Source of the DNA: Acidobacteriota bacterium | GTDB taxonomy: Bacteria > Acidobacteriota > UBA6911 > RPQK01 > JAJDTT01 | DNA length: 64,000 nucleotides | Assembly: GCA_965263035.1 (NCBI GenBank) | Contig: OZ253580.1 | Location: forward strand, 2,144,001 to 2,208,000 | Direction: 5' to 3' | In this document: one piece after another, positions 1 through 11,326 of the stretch | Layout: each line of letters begins with the position of its first letter | Position numbering within the stretch: the stretch's first letter is position 1 | The notes under the pieces: model-generated | The model's database searches: none | Told to the model about the DNA's origin: nothing | The model's input: the letters and a program-made list of their open reading frames with translations, nothing else | Translations under genes and position numbers: made by a program

Positions 1-1164
1 GTCCTGTTCATCATGCTCCGGCTGACCTGGATGTCGCTGCTCATCCACCTGAGCGCGCAAGCCATGCTGCTGATGCTGGGTCTGGAGCAGGACCAGCTTC
101 CCTATGTCGCGCTGGTGATCGGGGCCGTGGCCATCACCTATGCGTCCTTCGGCGGTCTGAGGGCCGTCGTCATCACCGATTTCGTGCAGTTCTGCCTGTT
201 GTGCGGCGGAGCGCTGCTGGTCGTGATCACGGTGACGATTCGACTCGGCGGATTCGGTTGGTTTCCGACCGAGTGGAGCCCCACCTGGGAAACTCAACCC
301 CTCTTCAGCCTGGATCCCAACGTCCGGGTCACGGCGTTCTGGTCGATTGTGTCAGGAACCCTCTGGTGGGTCTGCACCGCCGGGGGCGATCAGACGGCGG
401 TACAGCGCTTCATGGCCACTCGGGACGTGAGGGCGGCACGGCGTTCCTTTCTGCTGAACTCGGCGGCCGGTCTCCTGGTGAGCCTGATTCTGGCCCTGGT
501 AGCTTTCTCCCTGATGGGTTTCTTCGAGGCGCGTCCGGAGCTTCTCCCCCCGGGCATCGGGGCCGATCGCGTCTTCCCTCACTACATCGTTCACCACCTC
601 CCCATTGGCATTTCGGGGCTGGTCGTCTCCGGCTTGTTCGCCGCGGCCATGTCCAGCGTCGACTCCGGTGTCAACTCTCTCAGCGCGGTGATCGTGACCG
701 ACTTCGTCGGGCGGTTTCGGCGGCGTGCCCTGAGCGAAATCGGCCGAGTCCGCCTCTCGCAGGCACTGGCTCTCGCCATCGGATTGATCGTGGTCTTAGG
801 CTCCTCTTTTCTGGTCGGGAACGTGCCGGGGAACTTCTTGGAAATAGCGCAACGAACCCTTCATCTGTACGTCGGTGCCATCTTTCTGCTCTTCTTCCTT
901 TCGTTGTTCGTTCCCTTTTCGACCTCGCTGGGAGTCATTGCCGGGTCGCTGTCGGCCCTTTTGAGTGCTGCCTCGGTGGCTTACTGGGGGCCGCTCAACC
1001 AGATGTTCCTGGACCTGGGCTGGGTTCCGCTGTCGGAACGGACGGGAATCGTGGATTTCAGCTTCCAGTGGATCCTGCCGGTATCGCTCTCCATAGGATT
1101 GGCTGCCGGCTGCCTGGTCAGCTTGATCCACCGCCGCTTCCGATCCTGCAACCGAACGAATTAG
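1..1164 (+). CDS. Sodium:solute symporter (SSS family), 5'-partial
   Basis: Frame open from base 1; many hydrophobic helices; SSS motifs YASFGGLRAVVITDFVQ, DQTAVQRF, GLFAAAMSSVDSGVNS. Confidence 0.93.
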   Translation, partial: VLFIMLRLTWMSLLIHLSAQAMLLMLGLEQDQLPYVALVIGAVAITYASFGGLRAVVITDFVQFCLLCGGALLVVITVTIRLGGFGWFPTEWSPTWETQPLFSLDPNVRVTAFWSIVSGTLWWVCTAGGDQTAVQRFMATRDVRAARRSFLLNSAAGLLVSLILALVAFSLMGFFEARPELLPPGIGADRVFPHYIVHHLPIGISGLVVSGLFAAAMSSVDSGVNSLSAVIVTDFVGRFRRRALSEIGRVRLSQALALAIGLIVVLGSSFLVGNVPGNFLEIAQRTLHLYVGAIFLLFFLSLFVPFSTSLGVIAGSLSALLSAASVAYWGPLNQMFLDLGWVPLSERTGIVDFSFQWILPVSLSIGLAAGCLVSLIHRRFRSCNRTN

Positions 1165-1174
1165 GAGTCAAAGA

Positions 1175-1198
1175 GGCACCCACAAGGGGTACCCCTAC
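1175..1198 (-). repeat. GTAG-footed REP-like hairpin
   Basis: Minus strand reads GTAG-GGGTACCC-CTTGT-GGGTGCC: a GTAG foot plus imperfect palindrome just downstream of the SSS stop. Confidence 0.6.
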
Positions 1199-1259
1199 AC
1201 CGCACTCCTATTTCTGCCTGTGCTAACCTCTGGGTTGTTCAAGCGCAGAAAGGGGAACG

Positions 1260-1973
1260 GTGGTTCGAAAAAGAGTCGTTCTGACGCTGTCGGGCGGGAT
1301 GGACTCCACCACCCTTCTGTATCAGCTTCTCTCCCAGGGACACCACGTCCAGGCACTGGGCATCGACTACGGACAACGTCACCTCAAGGAACTGGACGCC
1401 GCCGCCAGGATCTGCGCTCAGGCGGAGGTCCCCTTCAAGAGCGCCGACCTTTCCGCGGTCGTGGGATTCCTGGCGGGGAGCGCCCTCACCAGCCCGGACG
1501 TCGAGATCCCATCGGGCGAGTACGACCCGGAGAGCATGAAGGTCACCGTGGTCCCCAACCGCAACATGCTGATATTGGCCGTGGCCCTGGCCTGGGCCAT
1601 CTCTTCCGAATGCGACACGGTCGCCTACGCCGCCCATGCGGGGGATCACGAGGTCTATCCGGACTGCCGGCCCGAATTCGTCCAGGCTCTGGCCAAGACT
1701 GCCGGCCTTTGCCACTACGAGCCCATCCAACTGCTGGCGCCGTTTCTGCACCTGGGCAAGACCGACATCGTCCGTTTGGGCAGCCGCCTGGGGGTACCCT
1801 ACGATCTGACTTGGAGCTGCTACCGGGGAGAAGAGCTCCACTGCGGCAGTTGTGGGACCTGCAGGGAACGGGCCAACGCCTTCGCCCGGGCCGGGGTTTC
1901 GGACCCCACTGTCTACCAGAGACTGCCGGCCTCATTTCCGGCCGGCGCCCCGGGATCGGTCCAGGCCCGGTGA
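1260..1973 (+). CDS. queC: 7-cyano-7-deazaguanine synthase QueC
   Basis: SGGMDS PP-loop, [24 protein letters not shown] and CGxCxxC zinc site. Confidence 0.96.
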   Translation: MVRKRVVLTLSGGMDSTTLLYQLLSQGHHVQALGIDYGQRHLKELDAAARICAQAEVPFKSADLSAVVGFLAGSALTSPDVEIPSGEYDPESMKVTVVPNRNMLILAVALAWAISSECDTVAYAAHAGDHEVYPDCRPEFVQALAKTAGLCHYEPIQLLAPFLHLGKTDIVRLGSRLGVPYDLTWSCYRGEELHCGSCGTCRERANAFARAGVSDPTVYQRLPASFPAGAPGSVQAR

Positions 1974-2016
1974 ACGGATCCGAACCGCAGGACGCAACCT
2001 TCCAGGGAGTTCCAAC

Positions 2017-4089
<2,073 letters not shown>

Positions 4090-4121
4090 CTCCGCCCAGA
4101 CCCGCGAACCGAGACTTGTCC

Positions 4122-4751
4122 TCAAATGCCTCCGAGCCGGGCTCGAAGCTTCTGCAACGCCCGGGCGCGATGGGAGATCCGGCTCTTCTGCTCGATGGTG
4201 AGCTGGGCGAAGGTCTGGTTCAAGGGCGGATAAAAGAAGACGGGGTCGTAGCCGAAGCCGTTGGTGCCCCGGGCCTCGGAAACGATCCGTCCCCAGACTT
4301 CACCCTGGACCTCGATTCGCTCCTCCGGCAGGGACAGGCACAACGCCGAGACGAAGCGAGCTCGCGGGCGAGAGTCGGGCCAGTCCGGATCGGCCTTCGC
4401 GATCAGCTTCAGCAGGGTCCGGATGCGCTCCCCGTCGGTGGGGGCCAGACGGGCGGAATGGACTCCGGGACGTCCGTCCAGCACCTCCACGGCCAGCCCG
4501 GAATCCTCCGAAAGAGTGGGAACTCCCGTGAGACGGGAGTAGTAGCGCGACTTCAGCAGTGCGTTCTCACGGAAGGTCCGGCCAGTCTCTTCCGGTTCCG
4601 GGATCCGGGGACGGTCCGGGAGCAGATCCACTTGCACCGGGAGTCCTCTCAAGGCGTGGAGGACCTCCGCCGCTTTTCCCTTATTTCGTGTTGCCAACAG
4701 GAATCGCAAAACGATTCGACGCAGGATCCGGTCGAAAGAGTCGGGAGGCAT
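4122..4751 (-). CDS. rdgB: dITP/XTP pyrophosphatase (RdgB/HAM1)
   Basis: [46 protein letters not shown]; follows rph; true start may be near 4709. Confidence 0.95.
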   Translation of the reverse strand: MPPDSFDRILRRIVLRFLLATRNKGKAAEVLHALRGLPVQVDLLPDRPRIPEPEETGRTFRENALLKSRYYSRLTGVPTLSEDSGLAVEVLDGRPGVHSARLAPTDGERIRTLLKLIAKADPDWPDSRPRARFVSALCLSLPEERIEVQGEVWGRIVSEARGTNGFGYDPVFFYPPLNQTFAQLTIEQKSRISHRARALQKLRARLGGI

Positions 4752-5481
4752 CGTCCGTGGTCTGTTCCAACACGGTTCGCTGCCTGGAGATCAGCTGGCG
4801 GATTCCGCCGCGAGCCAATTCCAGGAGCCGATCCAACTGGTCCTGGCTGAACGGGTCTCCTTCGGCAGTCCCCTGGATCTCGACGTACTCGTCCTGGCCG
4901 GTCATGACGACGTTCATGTCCACTTCGGCGGCGAAATCTTCCCGATAGTTCAGGTCCAACACCGGTTCGTCTCCCACGATGCCCACGCTGACCGCAGCCA
5001 CGGGAGACAGGAGCACCGGCACTTGCAGAGTTCGCTCCACGCGCATTCGATTCAGCGCCAGAGCCAGGGCCAGGAAGGCGCCGGTGATGGAGGTGGTGCG
5101 GGTTCCACCGTCCGCTTGAAGAACGTCACAGTCCAACCAGATCGTCCGCTCACCCAGGAGCTGCAAGTCCACGACTGCCCGTAGCGACCGGCCGATCAGG
5201 CGCTGAATCTCCTGGCTCCTCCCCGAGATCTTGCCCTTGGAGACTTCGCGAATCATGCGAGTATTGGTGGACCTGGGGAGCATCCCGTACTCGGCGGTCA
5301 CCCAGCCCTGACCGGCTCCCCTCAGGAAGGGAGGGACTTTCTTCTCGACGCTTGCCGTGCAGATGACCCGAGTGTCTCCGCACTCCATCAGGACCGAGCC
5401 TTCCGCGTGCTTCGTGAAGCCGGTGGTGACCTTCACCGGCCTCAACTCGTCGGGGAGCCGCCCGTCATTCCTACGATTCAT
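4681..5481 (-). CDS. rph: Ribonuclease PH
   Basis: [48 protein letters not shown]. Confidence 0.97.
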   Translation of the reverse strand: MNRRNDGRLPDELRPVKVTTGFTKHAEGSVLMECGDTRVICTASVEKKVPPFLRGAGQGWVTAEYGMLPRSTNTRMIREVSKGKISGRSQEIQRLIGRSLRAVVDLQLLGERTIWLDCDVLQADGGTRTTSITGAFLALALALNRMRVERTLQVPVLLSPVAAVSVGIVGDEPVLDLNYREDFAAEVDMNVVMTGQDEYVEIQGTAEGDPFSQDQLDRLLELARGGIRQLISRQRTVLEQTTDDASRLFRPDPASNRFAIPVGNTK

Positions 5482-5520
5482 CGCTATTGTCCGCCTCTCC
5501 GTTCGGAAGGAGCAATACTA

Positions 5521-5680
5521 ACAGCCTGTGGCAAGAGTCGTCACGGCATTCGACCGTCCCCGCATCCCGGCGGACTGCGTTGCTATCGGCTCACATACTC
5601 CCGGTATGCTCCCTCATCGCGCCTGGTCCGGCGGGCGCAGGAACGGTTTCGGTGCTCGCGGGACTTTCGCCACGGACTGT
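5521..5680. mobile_element. MITE family B, long copy (about 160 bp, flanked by TA)
   Basis: Imperfect terminal inverted repeats ACAGCCTGTGGCAAGAGTC / GACTTTCGCCACGGACTGT with TA on both sides; internal palindrome CATAC-TCCCG-GTATG; no convincing coding capacity. Confidence 0.8.
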
Positions 5681-6264
5681 TACAGGAAGGGTTTCCCTAT
5701 GGATACGTGACCGGAAAGTGTGAGCTCCTGTTTGCCGCCCACCAGGAACCGCACCTGATCGATCTCCTCCAGGTTCTCGACCAGTGATCGGGTGATGGAG
5801 TGGATGGCGCACAGTTCCATTCGGATGCCACCGGCCAAGCTTTCGGCCGTCTTCCGGCTGATGTCCACTACCGCCGTCTTGTCTTCCAGAACGAAGATCT
5901 GCCTGATCGTGGCGTCTTGCCGAAAAATCGCGGCGCCCTCTTCCTCAGGACCCTGGATCACTTCGTCCACGATCTGCCGAGCGTTGAACACCGGCTCTCC
6001 CGTCTGCAGGACGGTGCGCTCCTCGGACACGAGAAACCCTTCGCCGGGAGCCGTGGCGCCCGGCGCGCAGAAGAAGACCCGAACCTGCATTTCACCCGAG
6101 GAACTTCCGGAGGGGGAAGGCATGCGATCCGGCTCCGAGACCTGCGGGTCCTCCGATCCGACTCGCCGCTGCCGCTTCAACTCCTCCTCGGTGAGGTAGT
6201 ACCCGACTCCCAGAGCGATGATGATCAACAGGAACAGGGAGAGCGCGATCCGCAGCTCGTTCAT
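5680..6264 (-). CDS. GerMN domain membrane-anchored protein
   Basis: N-terminal TM helix; VRVFF, AVVDISR, SITRSLVEN, VRFLVGGKQELTLSGHV; lies between amidase and rph. Confidence 0.88.
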   Translation of the reverse strand: MNELRIALSLFLLIIIALGVGYYLTEEELKRQRRVGSEDPQVSEPDRMPSPSGSSSGEMQVRVFFCAPGATAPGEGFLVSEERTVLQTGEPVFNARQIVDEVIQGPEEEGAAIFRQDATIRQIFVLEDKTAVVDISRKTAESLAGGIRMELCAIHSITRSLVENLEEIDQVRFLVGGKQELTLSGHVSIGKPFL

Positions 6265-7961
6265 TCCGAATCACCTCCGGCGGGAGGCCCTTCCAGGAAA
6301 GCGGCGACCGCCGCCGACAAGGCCGAAACCAGACGCTGGTTGAAGGTTTCCAGAGTCAGGTTCCACCGGTCTTCCGAGTTGGTCAGGTGCCCGAACTCAA
6401 CCACGATTCCCGGCGCCGCCACCGACTGCAGGACCGTCAATGGCGCCTCGATGACCTGATGCTCAACTTCGTAAACTTGGTTCAGGCTTTCCTGAACCAC
6501 CACGGCCAACTCCCGGCTGCGCGCCTGGTATCGCTCCTGGCCCGATTCCCAGAGAACGAACTCCCCTTCCTCTTCGGGCTCGGGTTCGGGTTGGGTCACC
6601 ACCACTTCGACGGCCTCCGTCTCCTCGTCCTCCTCAGTCTCCGACTCCGGTTGCGGGAGGTCCGGAGTCCGGCCGTCCTGAAGAACCATCGACTCCCCGT
6701 CGAGTTCTTCCGGCTCCGGCGGAGGCATGACCGGGGATTTCCCATGAAAATAGACCACGCCACCCTGAATCTCCCCATCCGGAGCCCTGCCCAAATGGAG
6801 GCTCAGGTAGGCCCGGGTTCGATTGGAGTTGCCCACGGCGCTGCGCTGCGCTGCAGATAGATTCACGTCCCGATCCCGGGTCAGGACCATCTCCAGACCG
6901 TGATTCCGAAACTCGTCACGCAACTGCAGAGCAAACTGGAGGGCCAGGTCCTTCTCGACAAACCCCTGCTCCCCCAGATCTCCCTCCCAGATTCCTCCAG
7001 GATCGCTTCCGCCATGGCCCGGGTCGACGACGATCACGGGACTCTCCCGCCGGCTCCGAGACGTGCTGAGCCGGGACCGCTGCGCGGGAGCCGGATCGGG
7101 AGTTCCGGCAGTGGCCGGGACCGCTCTCGAGGCCCTGTCCGGAGCCCGCCGGATACGGCCGTGGACCTCCAGGACCTTGGTCGAATCGCCGGCGTCTTCG
7201 ACCTCGCGGTAACGGCGATAGTCCTGCCCCTTGTGGATGCGGAACGTCCCGAACGGATCTCGCGAGTTGAACTTCAGCGCAGACACCAGACGGGACGAAG
7301 CGTTTCCCCGGGTGGCGCCGGGACGAACCCGATAAGGCCCGAACTCCACTTCAAGGTAGTCCCGCCTGTCGTGGACCCGGACCGGACCCGGCCGGCTGGC
7401 GGAGAACTCGATCCGGACATGGCTGGAATGATTCGTCACCTGCACCTTCACTTGATTCAGATCCCGGGGTTCGAACCGATACCTGGCGGCGCCGGTTTTG
7501 GAGAAGCGCCCCGGAAGGACTGGAGCCAGCGCCCGAACCAGGAAGTCCTCGGGGATATACCAGTCCGAAGGTCCCTTCTTCCAGGCCGGTGAGGACATGA
7601 GAAGGTAGTCGACTCCCGCCCGAACCAGCGGTCTTCGATCCAGAAACAGGAGTTCTCCGCCGGGACCGGACAGATTGAACCGGTCCTTCAATTCCCGGCC
7701 TTCGAGCCGGAGGGCGGAAATCATGTCCTTGAGGCTGACGTAGGGCTTGCCGGACCGCTGCTCCATCGCCACCGCCGACCTTCGACTCCCCAGGTCCAGC
7801 AGCAGCTCCCCTTGATTCTGGGCCGGCAGTTCGGGGCTGAGGCAAACCAGCATCCAACCGGTGACCGCGGCCGAGCGGAACACGCGCTTGAGGCAGAGAT
7901 ACGGAAACAGCCTCTCAGACTCACCTCGAATCCCGGAAGAGAACAGCGGAAGCCACGGCAT
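6261..7961 (-). CDS. N-acetylmuramoyl-L-alanine amidase (Amidase_3)
   Basis: DPGHGG, EKDLAL, LTRDRD, SLH zinc ligands; VVEFGHLTN catalytic Glu; TATAAT at 7975-7970 upstream; start uncertain. Confidence 0.9.
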   Translation of the reverse strand: MPWLPLFSSGIRGESERLFPYLCLKRVFRSAAVTGWMLVCLSPELPAQNQGELLLDLGSRRSAVAMEQRSGKPYVSLKDMISALRLEGRELKDRFNLSGPGGELLFLDRRPLVRAGVDYLLMSSPAWKKGPSDWYIPEDFLVRALAPVLPGRFSKTGAARYRFEPRDLNQVKVQVTNHSSHVRIEFSASRPGPVRVHDRRDYLEVEFGPYRVRPGATRGNASSRLVSALKFNSRDPFGTFRIHKGQDYRRYREVEDAGDSTKVLEVHGRIRRAPDRASRAVPATAGTPDPAPAQRSRLSTSRSRRESPVIVVDPGHGGSDPGGIWEGDLGEQGFVEKDLALQFALQLRDEFRNHGLEMVLTRDRDVNLSAAQRSAVGNSNRTRAYLSLHLGRAPDGEIQGGVVYFHGKSPVMPPPEPEELDGESMVLQDGRTPDLPQPESETEEDEETEAVEVVVTQPEPEPEEEGEFVLWESGQERYQARSRELAVVVQESLNQVYEVEHQVIEAPLTVLQSVAAPGIVVEFGHLTNSEDRWNLTLETFNQRLVSALSAAVAAFLEGPPAGGDSE

Positions 7962-8002
7962 CAGGCGTAATTATAGTGGAAGGGGTACGGCGACTTTTCG
8001 GC

Positions 8003-8878
8003 TCAGCCGGCGACACTCGCCTCCGCCGCCTCCAGCTCCGATTCGGAAACCCGCCAGCGGGACGCGTTTCGAAACAACGCCGTCGCCAGACCCGTATGCA
8101 GGGCGTGTCCGGCCTTGTAGGCGCGAATATGCCCGATCACCGGGCTGCCGCAGAGGGAGACGTCGCCGATCAGATCCAGGACCTTGTGGCGAACGAACTC
8201 GTCGGGCGCCCGGAGCTTTCCGCTCATGACGCCGTCGTCACTCAACACCACTGCGTTCTCGAAGGAGCCGCCGCGTATCAGATTGTTGGCCAGAAGCTGG
8301 CGGACTTCACGATAGAATCCGAAGGTTCGGGAAAAAGCGATCTCCCGTGCGTAGACTTCGGGCGTCACCTTCAAGTCCAACCGCTGGCGGCCGATGACGG
8401 GATGGGTGAAATCGATCTCGTAGGTCACGCGAAAGACAGGCGAAGGCTCGATCGACACGAACTTCTCCCCATCCGTCAGCCGGATCGGCTTGTCTACCCT
8501 GATGAAGATCCGGGGAGCGTCCTGCTCCTGGATCCCAACACCCTGAATGCCCTCCACGAAGGGCCGGGAGGAACCGTCCAGGATAGGGACCTCCAGAGAA
8601 TCGATGTCGATGTAGAGGTTGTCCAGGCCCAGGCCGTAGGCGGCCGACAACAGATGCTCCACCGTCGAGAGCATCACCCCCCGTTTCATGAGGGTCGTGG
8701 CCAGGACCACGCGGGAGACGTACCGGCGTGAGGCCTCGATCTCGAAACCCTGCAAATCGATGCGGCGGAAGAGGACGCCGGTCCCTGCCGGAGCGGGCTT
8801 CAACTCGACCGTTACCCGGCATCCGGTGTGGAGCCCGACTCCACTGAGTTTGTACGGGCGGCGGATGGTCCTCTGCAT
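8003..8878 (-). CDS. lpxC: UDP-3-O-acyl-N-acetylglucosamine deacetylase LpxC
   Basis: MQRTI..GVGLHTG, STVEHLLSA, EVPILDGSS, SRTFGF, EFVRHKVLDLIGD, KAGHALH; start set at ATG 8878. Confidence 0.97.
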   Translation of the reverse strand: MQRTIRRPYKLSGVGLHTGCRVTVELKPAPAGTGVLFRRIDLQGFEIEASRRYVSRVVLATTLMKRGVMLSTVEHLLSAAYGLGLDNLYIDIDSLEVPILDGSSRPFVEGIQGVGIQEQDAPRIFIRVDKPIRLTDGEKFVSIEPSPVFRVTYEIDFTHPVIGRQRLDLKVTPEVYAREIAFSRTFGFYREVRQLLANNLIRGGSFENAVVLSDDGVMSGKLRAPDEFVRHKVLDLIGDVSLCGSPVIGHIRAYKAGHALHTGLATALFRNASRWRVSESELEAAEASVAG

Positions 8879-8894
8879 CTGGCCTGGACTGTGA

Positions 8895-8910
8895 TGCAAG
8901 ATACAGGCCA
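8895..8910 (-). promoter_or_regulatory. sigma54-like -24/-12 promoter upstream of lpxC
   Basis: Minus strand TGGCCTGTATCTTGCA gives GG-N10-GC spacing (consensus TGGCACG-N4-TTGCW). Confidence 0.6.
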
Positions 8911-8974
8911 AAAATGGAGAAAGCCTTTATTTTCAGTGGGTTTCGTAATTCGAACGTCCCTGCGAGGAGCGCAT

Positions 8975-9016
8975 GGTGTGACCTGGAGGACACAGCGGTG
9001 TGGACCGGAGGACACA
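8975..9016. repeat. 20-bp direct repeat with 22-bp period upstream of lpxC
   Basis: GGTGTGACCTGGAGGACACA (8975-8994) and GGTGTGGACCGGAGGACACA (8997-9016). Confidence 0.8.
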
Positions 9017-9056
9017 TCCGGAAGCGCCGGACGCGATTCGGCAACTCCGGCCAGGA

Positions 9057-10091
9057 TCAGTCGTTCCGCCGACCCTTCCTTCTTTTCTCCCGCTCCTTCT
9101 CCGTTTCCCCCGCCGCTTTGGCGTCCCGCTCCTCCTGCTTCTTCAACCGCTTGCGCATCTTCTCTTCCCACTTGGCCTTCTTCTTCTGGTCGATGGCCGG
9201 CTCCAGGAATTGGGATTCGGGAATCTGCAGATTGTAGGCCAGATCCTCTACGAAGAGCTGCTGGGAGATCTTTCCGTCCAGATAGATGTCCGTCCGCAAG
9301 GGTGTGTGGACTCCCTGGATGGCATGCCAGTTGTAGAACTCCCACTCCATCTTGTGGCGCAACCCGGTGTCGTCCGTGAATTCGTTCTCCACCTTTTCGG
9401 GGAGGTGGCTGTTCACGTTGAAGAAGGCCACCACCGAGTTGTTGGAGGCGTCCAGAAACTCCACGGCCTTGAACTTTCCCTGACCCGCGATGTCGTCGGG
9501 TCCGTAGTAGTAAAGGCTCATTCCGTCCTCGTCGAGGCGCTGCTTGATGAGGAAGTTGAGGTCCTTCCGAACCGACTTGATCCACGAGTCCAACTCCTTA
9601 CCGGGGATCTCCTCGACTTCGAACTCGCCCTCCAGCTTCCAGCCCTTGTTCAACTCCAGGTTGTGGACCGAGACTTCCTGCTCCTTCTCGTTCTTTCCCA
9701 ATTCGAAGCGGGACTTGACGGGATCGTAGACGGTCCAGTCTCGAAAACGGGTGAATCCTTTGCGACCCTTCTTGAAGATGAAGTACCGGCCGGAGGAATG
9801 GGAGTTCCGGATCTTCAGGTAGGCATCGCCGCCCATGGCCGTCACCGCCGCGTCGATCACCTTTCTGGCTTTCTCGTCACCCGTACCCTGGGCCAGTGAC
9901 GGCAAGAGGAGGAAAGAGCAAAGAGGAAAGAGAAAAGAGAGAAGAAGGATGCGCTTAGAGCAGATTCGAGTTTGGGTCGGCTCCGATACGATATTTTTTG
10001 CCGAGTTGTGTAGAGAAGAAAGGCGGGGCACCCTACCGTCCCGGTGACACTCCGAATCCCTATCTCTGACTCGTCTCTCCTGTTCCCTCAT
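9057..10091 (-). CDS. Exported hypothetical protein, possibly LolA-like; highly charged C-terminal tail
   Basis: Signal-like RILLLSFLFPLCSFLLLPSLA followed by KARKVIDAAVTAMGG; AAGGAG SD before ATG 10091; the longer called ORF starts inside a MITE. Confidence 0.65.
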   Translation of the reverse strand: MREQERRVRDRDSECHRDGRVPRLSSLHNSAKNIVSEPTQTRICSKRILLLSFLFPLCSFLLLPSLAQGTGDEKARKVIDAAVTAMGGDAYLKIRNSHSSGRYFIFKKGRKGFTRFRDWTVYDPVKSRFELGKNEKEQEVSVHNLELNKGWKLEGEFEVEEIPGKELDSWIKSVRKDLNFLIKQRLDEDGMSLYYYGPDDIAGQGKFKAVEFLDASNNSVVAFFNVNSHLPEKVENEFTDDTGLRHKMEWEFYNWHAIQGVHTPLRTDIYLDGKISQQLFVEDLAYNLQIPESQFLEPAIDQKKKAKWEEKMRKRLKKQEERDAKAAGETEKEREKRRKGRRND

Positions 10092-10123
10092 TCCTGCTCT
10101 CCTTTTCGACGCAGGGTCCTGAA

Positions 10124-10290
10124 CTAGGAGCCTGCGCGGCAGAAATTGATCTACTGCGAAAGCGGTAGAATCGGTCCATATTCCCCCGATTTCTCGGCGA
10201 ATAGAACAACTATGCACCTCCAAATCGAGAAAATCTGGCCTCGATTCCCCACTTTCTCGCTACGATCATTCCTACCGCGCAGACTCCTAG
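10124..10290. mobile_element. MITE family A, long copy (167 bp including flanking CTAG)
   Basis: TIRs GAGCCTGCGCGGCAGAAATTGATC / GATCATTCCTACCGCGCAGACTC, CTAG on both sides; second copy at 40121-40223. Confidence 0.9.
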
Positions 10291-11303
10291 CAGCCGATGT
10301 ATCGAGCGTAAATGGCCCGGGCCTCCGTCTCGTCCTCCGTTCCCCGGATGATGGCCCTTCCGTCGCGGAACAGAGCCAGCTCGTAACCGTTGACCTGTAA
10401 CTTCATCATATAGTCGTTCAAGCTCACCTTGCCACTGGGCCGGAGCCGCCGCGCCACTTGAGGCAAATCCATCCGGGAGTCTTCGCCCGGCTGGACCTGG
10501 ACCGCGTTCCGGCCACAGAGTCGAACCGAGTAGCGCCGATCCCTTCCTTCCAGAAAACGCAGTTGGAGCGCCCCGCAGCAGAGACAATCGGGATCGCGGG
10601 CGCCTTGGAGGGAAACGAGCTTCACACGATTCTCCCAGACGTCGAACTTCAGCATGGTGGAGGAGGGTTCGGAGCCCACCAGGATCTTCAGAACCTGAGT
10701 CACCTGGTAAGAGGCCACGACATGGACCACTGGGGCCAGGATGCCGCTGGTGTCACAGGTCTCGGCGCTTCCGGGGGCCGGCGGCTGGGGGAAAAGGCAC
10801 TGCAGGCAGGGCGTGATCCGGGGGCGGAACGCGAACGCGGTCCCGTAACTGCCGACACAGGCTCCATAGATCCAGGTCCGGCCGGTTCGGAGAGAATAGT
10901 CGTTCAGCAGGTACCGGGTCTCGAAATTGTCGGTGCCGTCCAGGATAAGATCGCTCCCGCCACAGAGCGCCTCGACGTTTCGACGGGTCAGGTCCTCGAC
11001 CACGCCGTTGACCCGAACCTTGGAATTCATGGTGCCGAGAACCGACTCGGCCGCCACCGCCTTGGGCAGGGCCAGGCGGGCATGTTCTTCCGTGAAGAGG
11101 CTCTGCCGCTGTAGATTGCTCTCTTCCACGAAGTCACGGTCGACAATGCGCAAGGAGCCGATCCCGGCCCGGACCAACTGCTCCGCGGCCACGCTGCCCA
11201 GGGCTCCGCAGCCGACGATCACCACGCTGGCCCGGCCCAGTCGTTCCTGTCCGTCCGCGCCGATAGCAGGGAAAAGGATCTGCCGCGAGTAGCGCTGGTT
11301 CAC
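10287..11303 (-). CDS. ThiF/MoeB family adenylyltransferase
   Basis: RYSRQ, GCGALG, DRDFVEESNLQRQ, DGTDNFETR, CLQC, TCDTSG, CLCC. Confidence 0.93.
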   Translation of the reverse strand: MNQRYSRQILFPAIGADGQERLGRASVVIVGCGALGSVAAEQLVRAGIGSLRIVDRDFVEESNLQRQSLFTEEHARLALPKAVAAESVLGTMNSKVRVNGVVEDLTRRNVEALCGGSDLILDGTDNFETRYLLNDYSLRTGRTWIYGACVGSYGTAFAFRPRITPCLQCLFPQPPAPGSAETCDTSGILAPVVHVVASYQVTQVLKILVGSEPSSTMLKFDVWENRVKLVSLQGARDPDCLCCGALQLRFLEGRDRRYSVRLCGRNAVQVQPGEDSRMDLPQVARRLRPSGKVSLNDYMMKLQVNGYELALFRDGRAIIRGTEDETEARAIYARYIGC

Positions 11304-11326
11304 GATTCAGTCCCGGAATCGCCGGA

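Noticed and set aside
1165-1259. preQ1 riboswitch upstream of queC
   Set aside because: No class I stem-loop with A-rich tail or other preQ1 consensus is visible
1260-1973. queC as part of a deazaguanine DNA-modification or QatABCD-like defence system
   Set aside because: Canonical length and motifs; no dpdA, TatD or ATPase neighbours
8975-9016. Mini-CRISPR or tRNA
   Set aside because: Only two units separated by 2 nt, no cas genes, no cloverleaf
10092-10223. N-terminal extension of the 9057 ORF
   Set aside because: It starts inside MITE-A and is largely read from it; a better SD-linked ATG lies at 10091
10287-11303. ThiF as a CBASS/ubiquitin-like or RiPP-maturation E1
   Set aside because: Ordinary MoeB/ThiF architecture; no E2, JAB, cyclase or precursor peptide nearby
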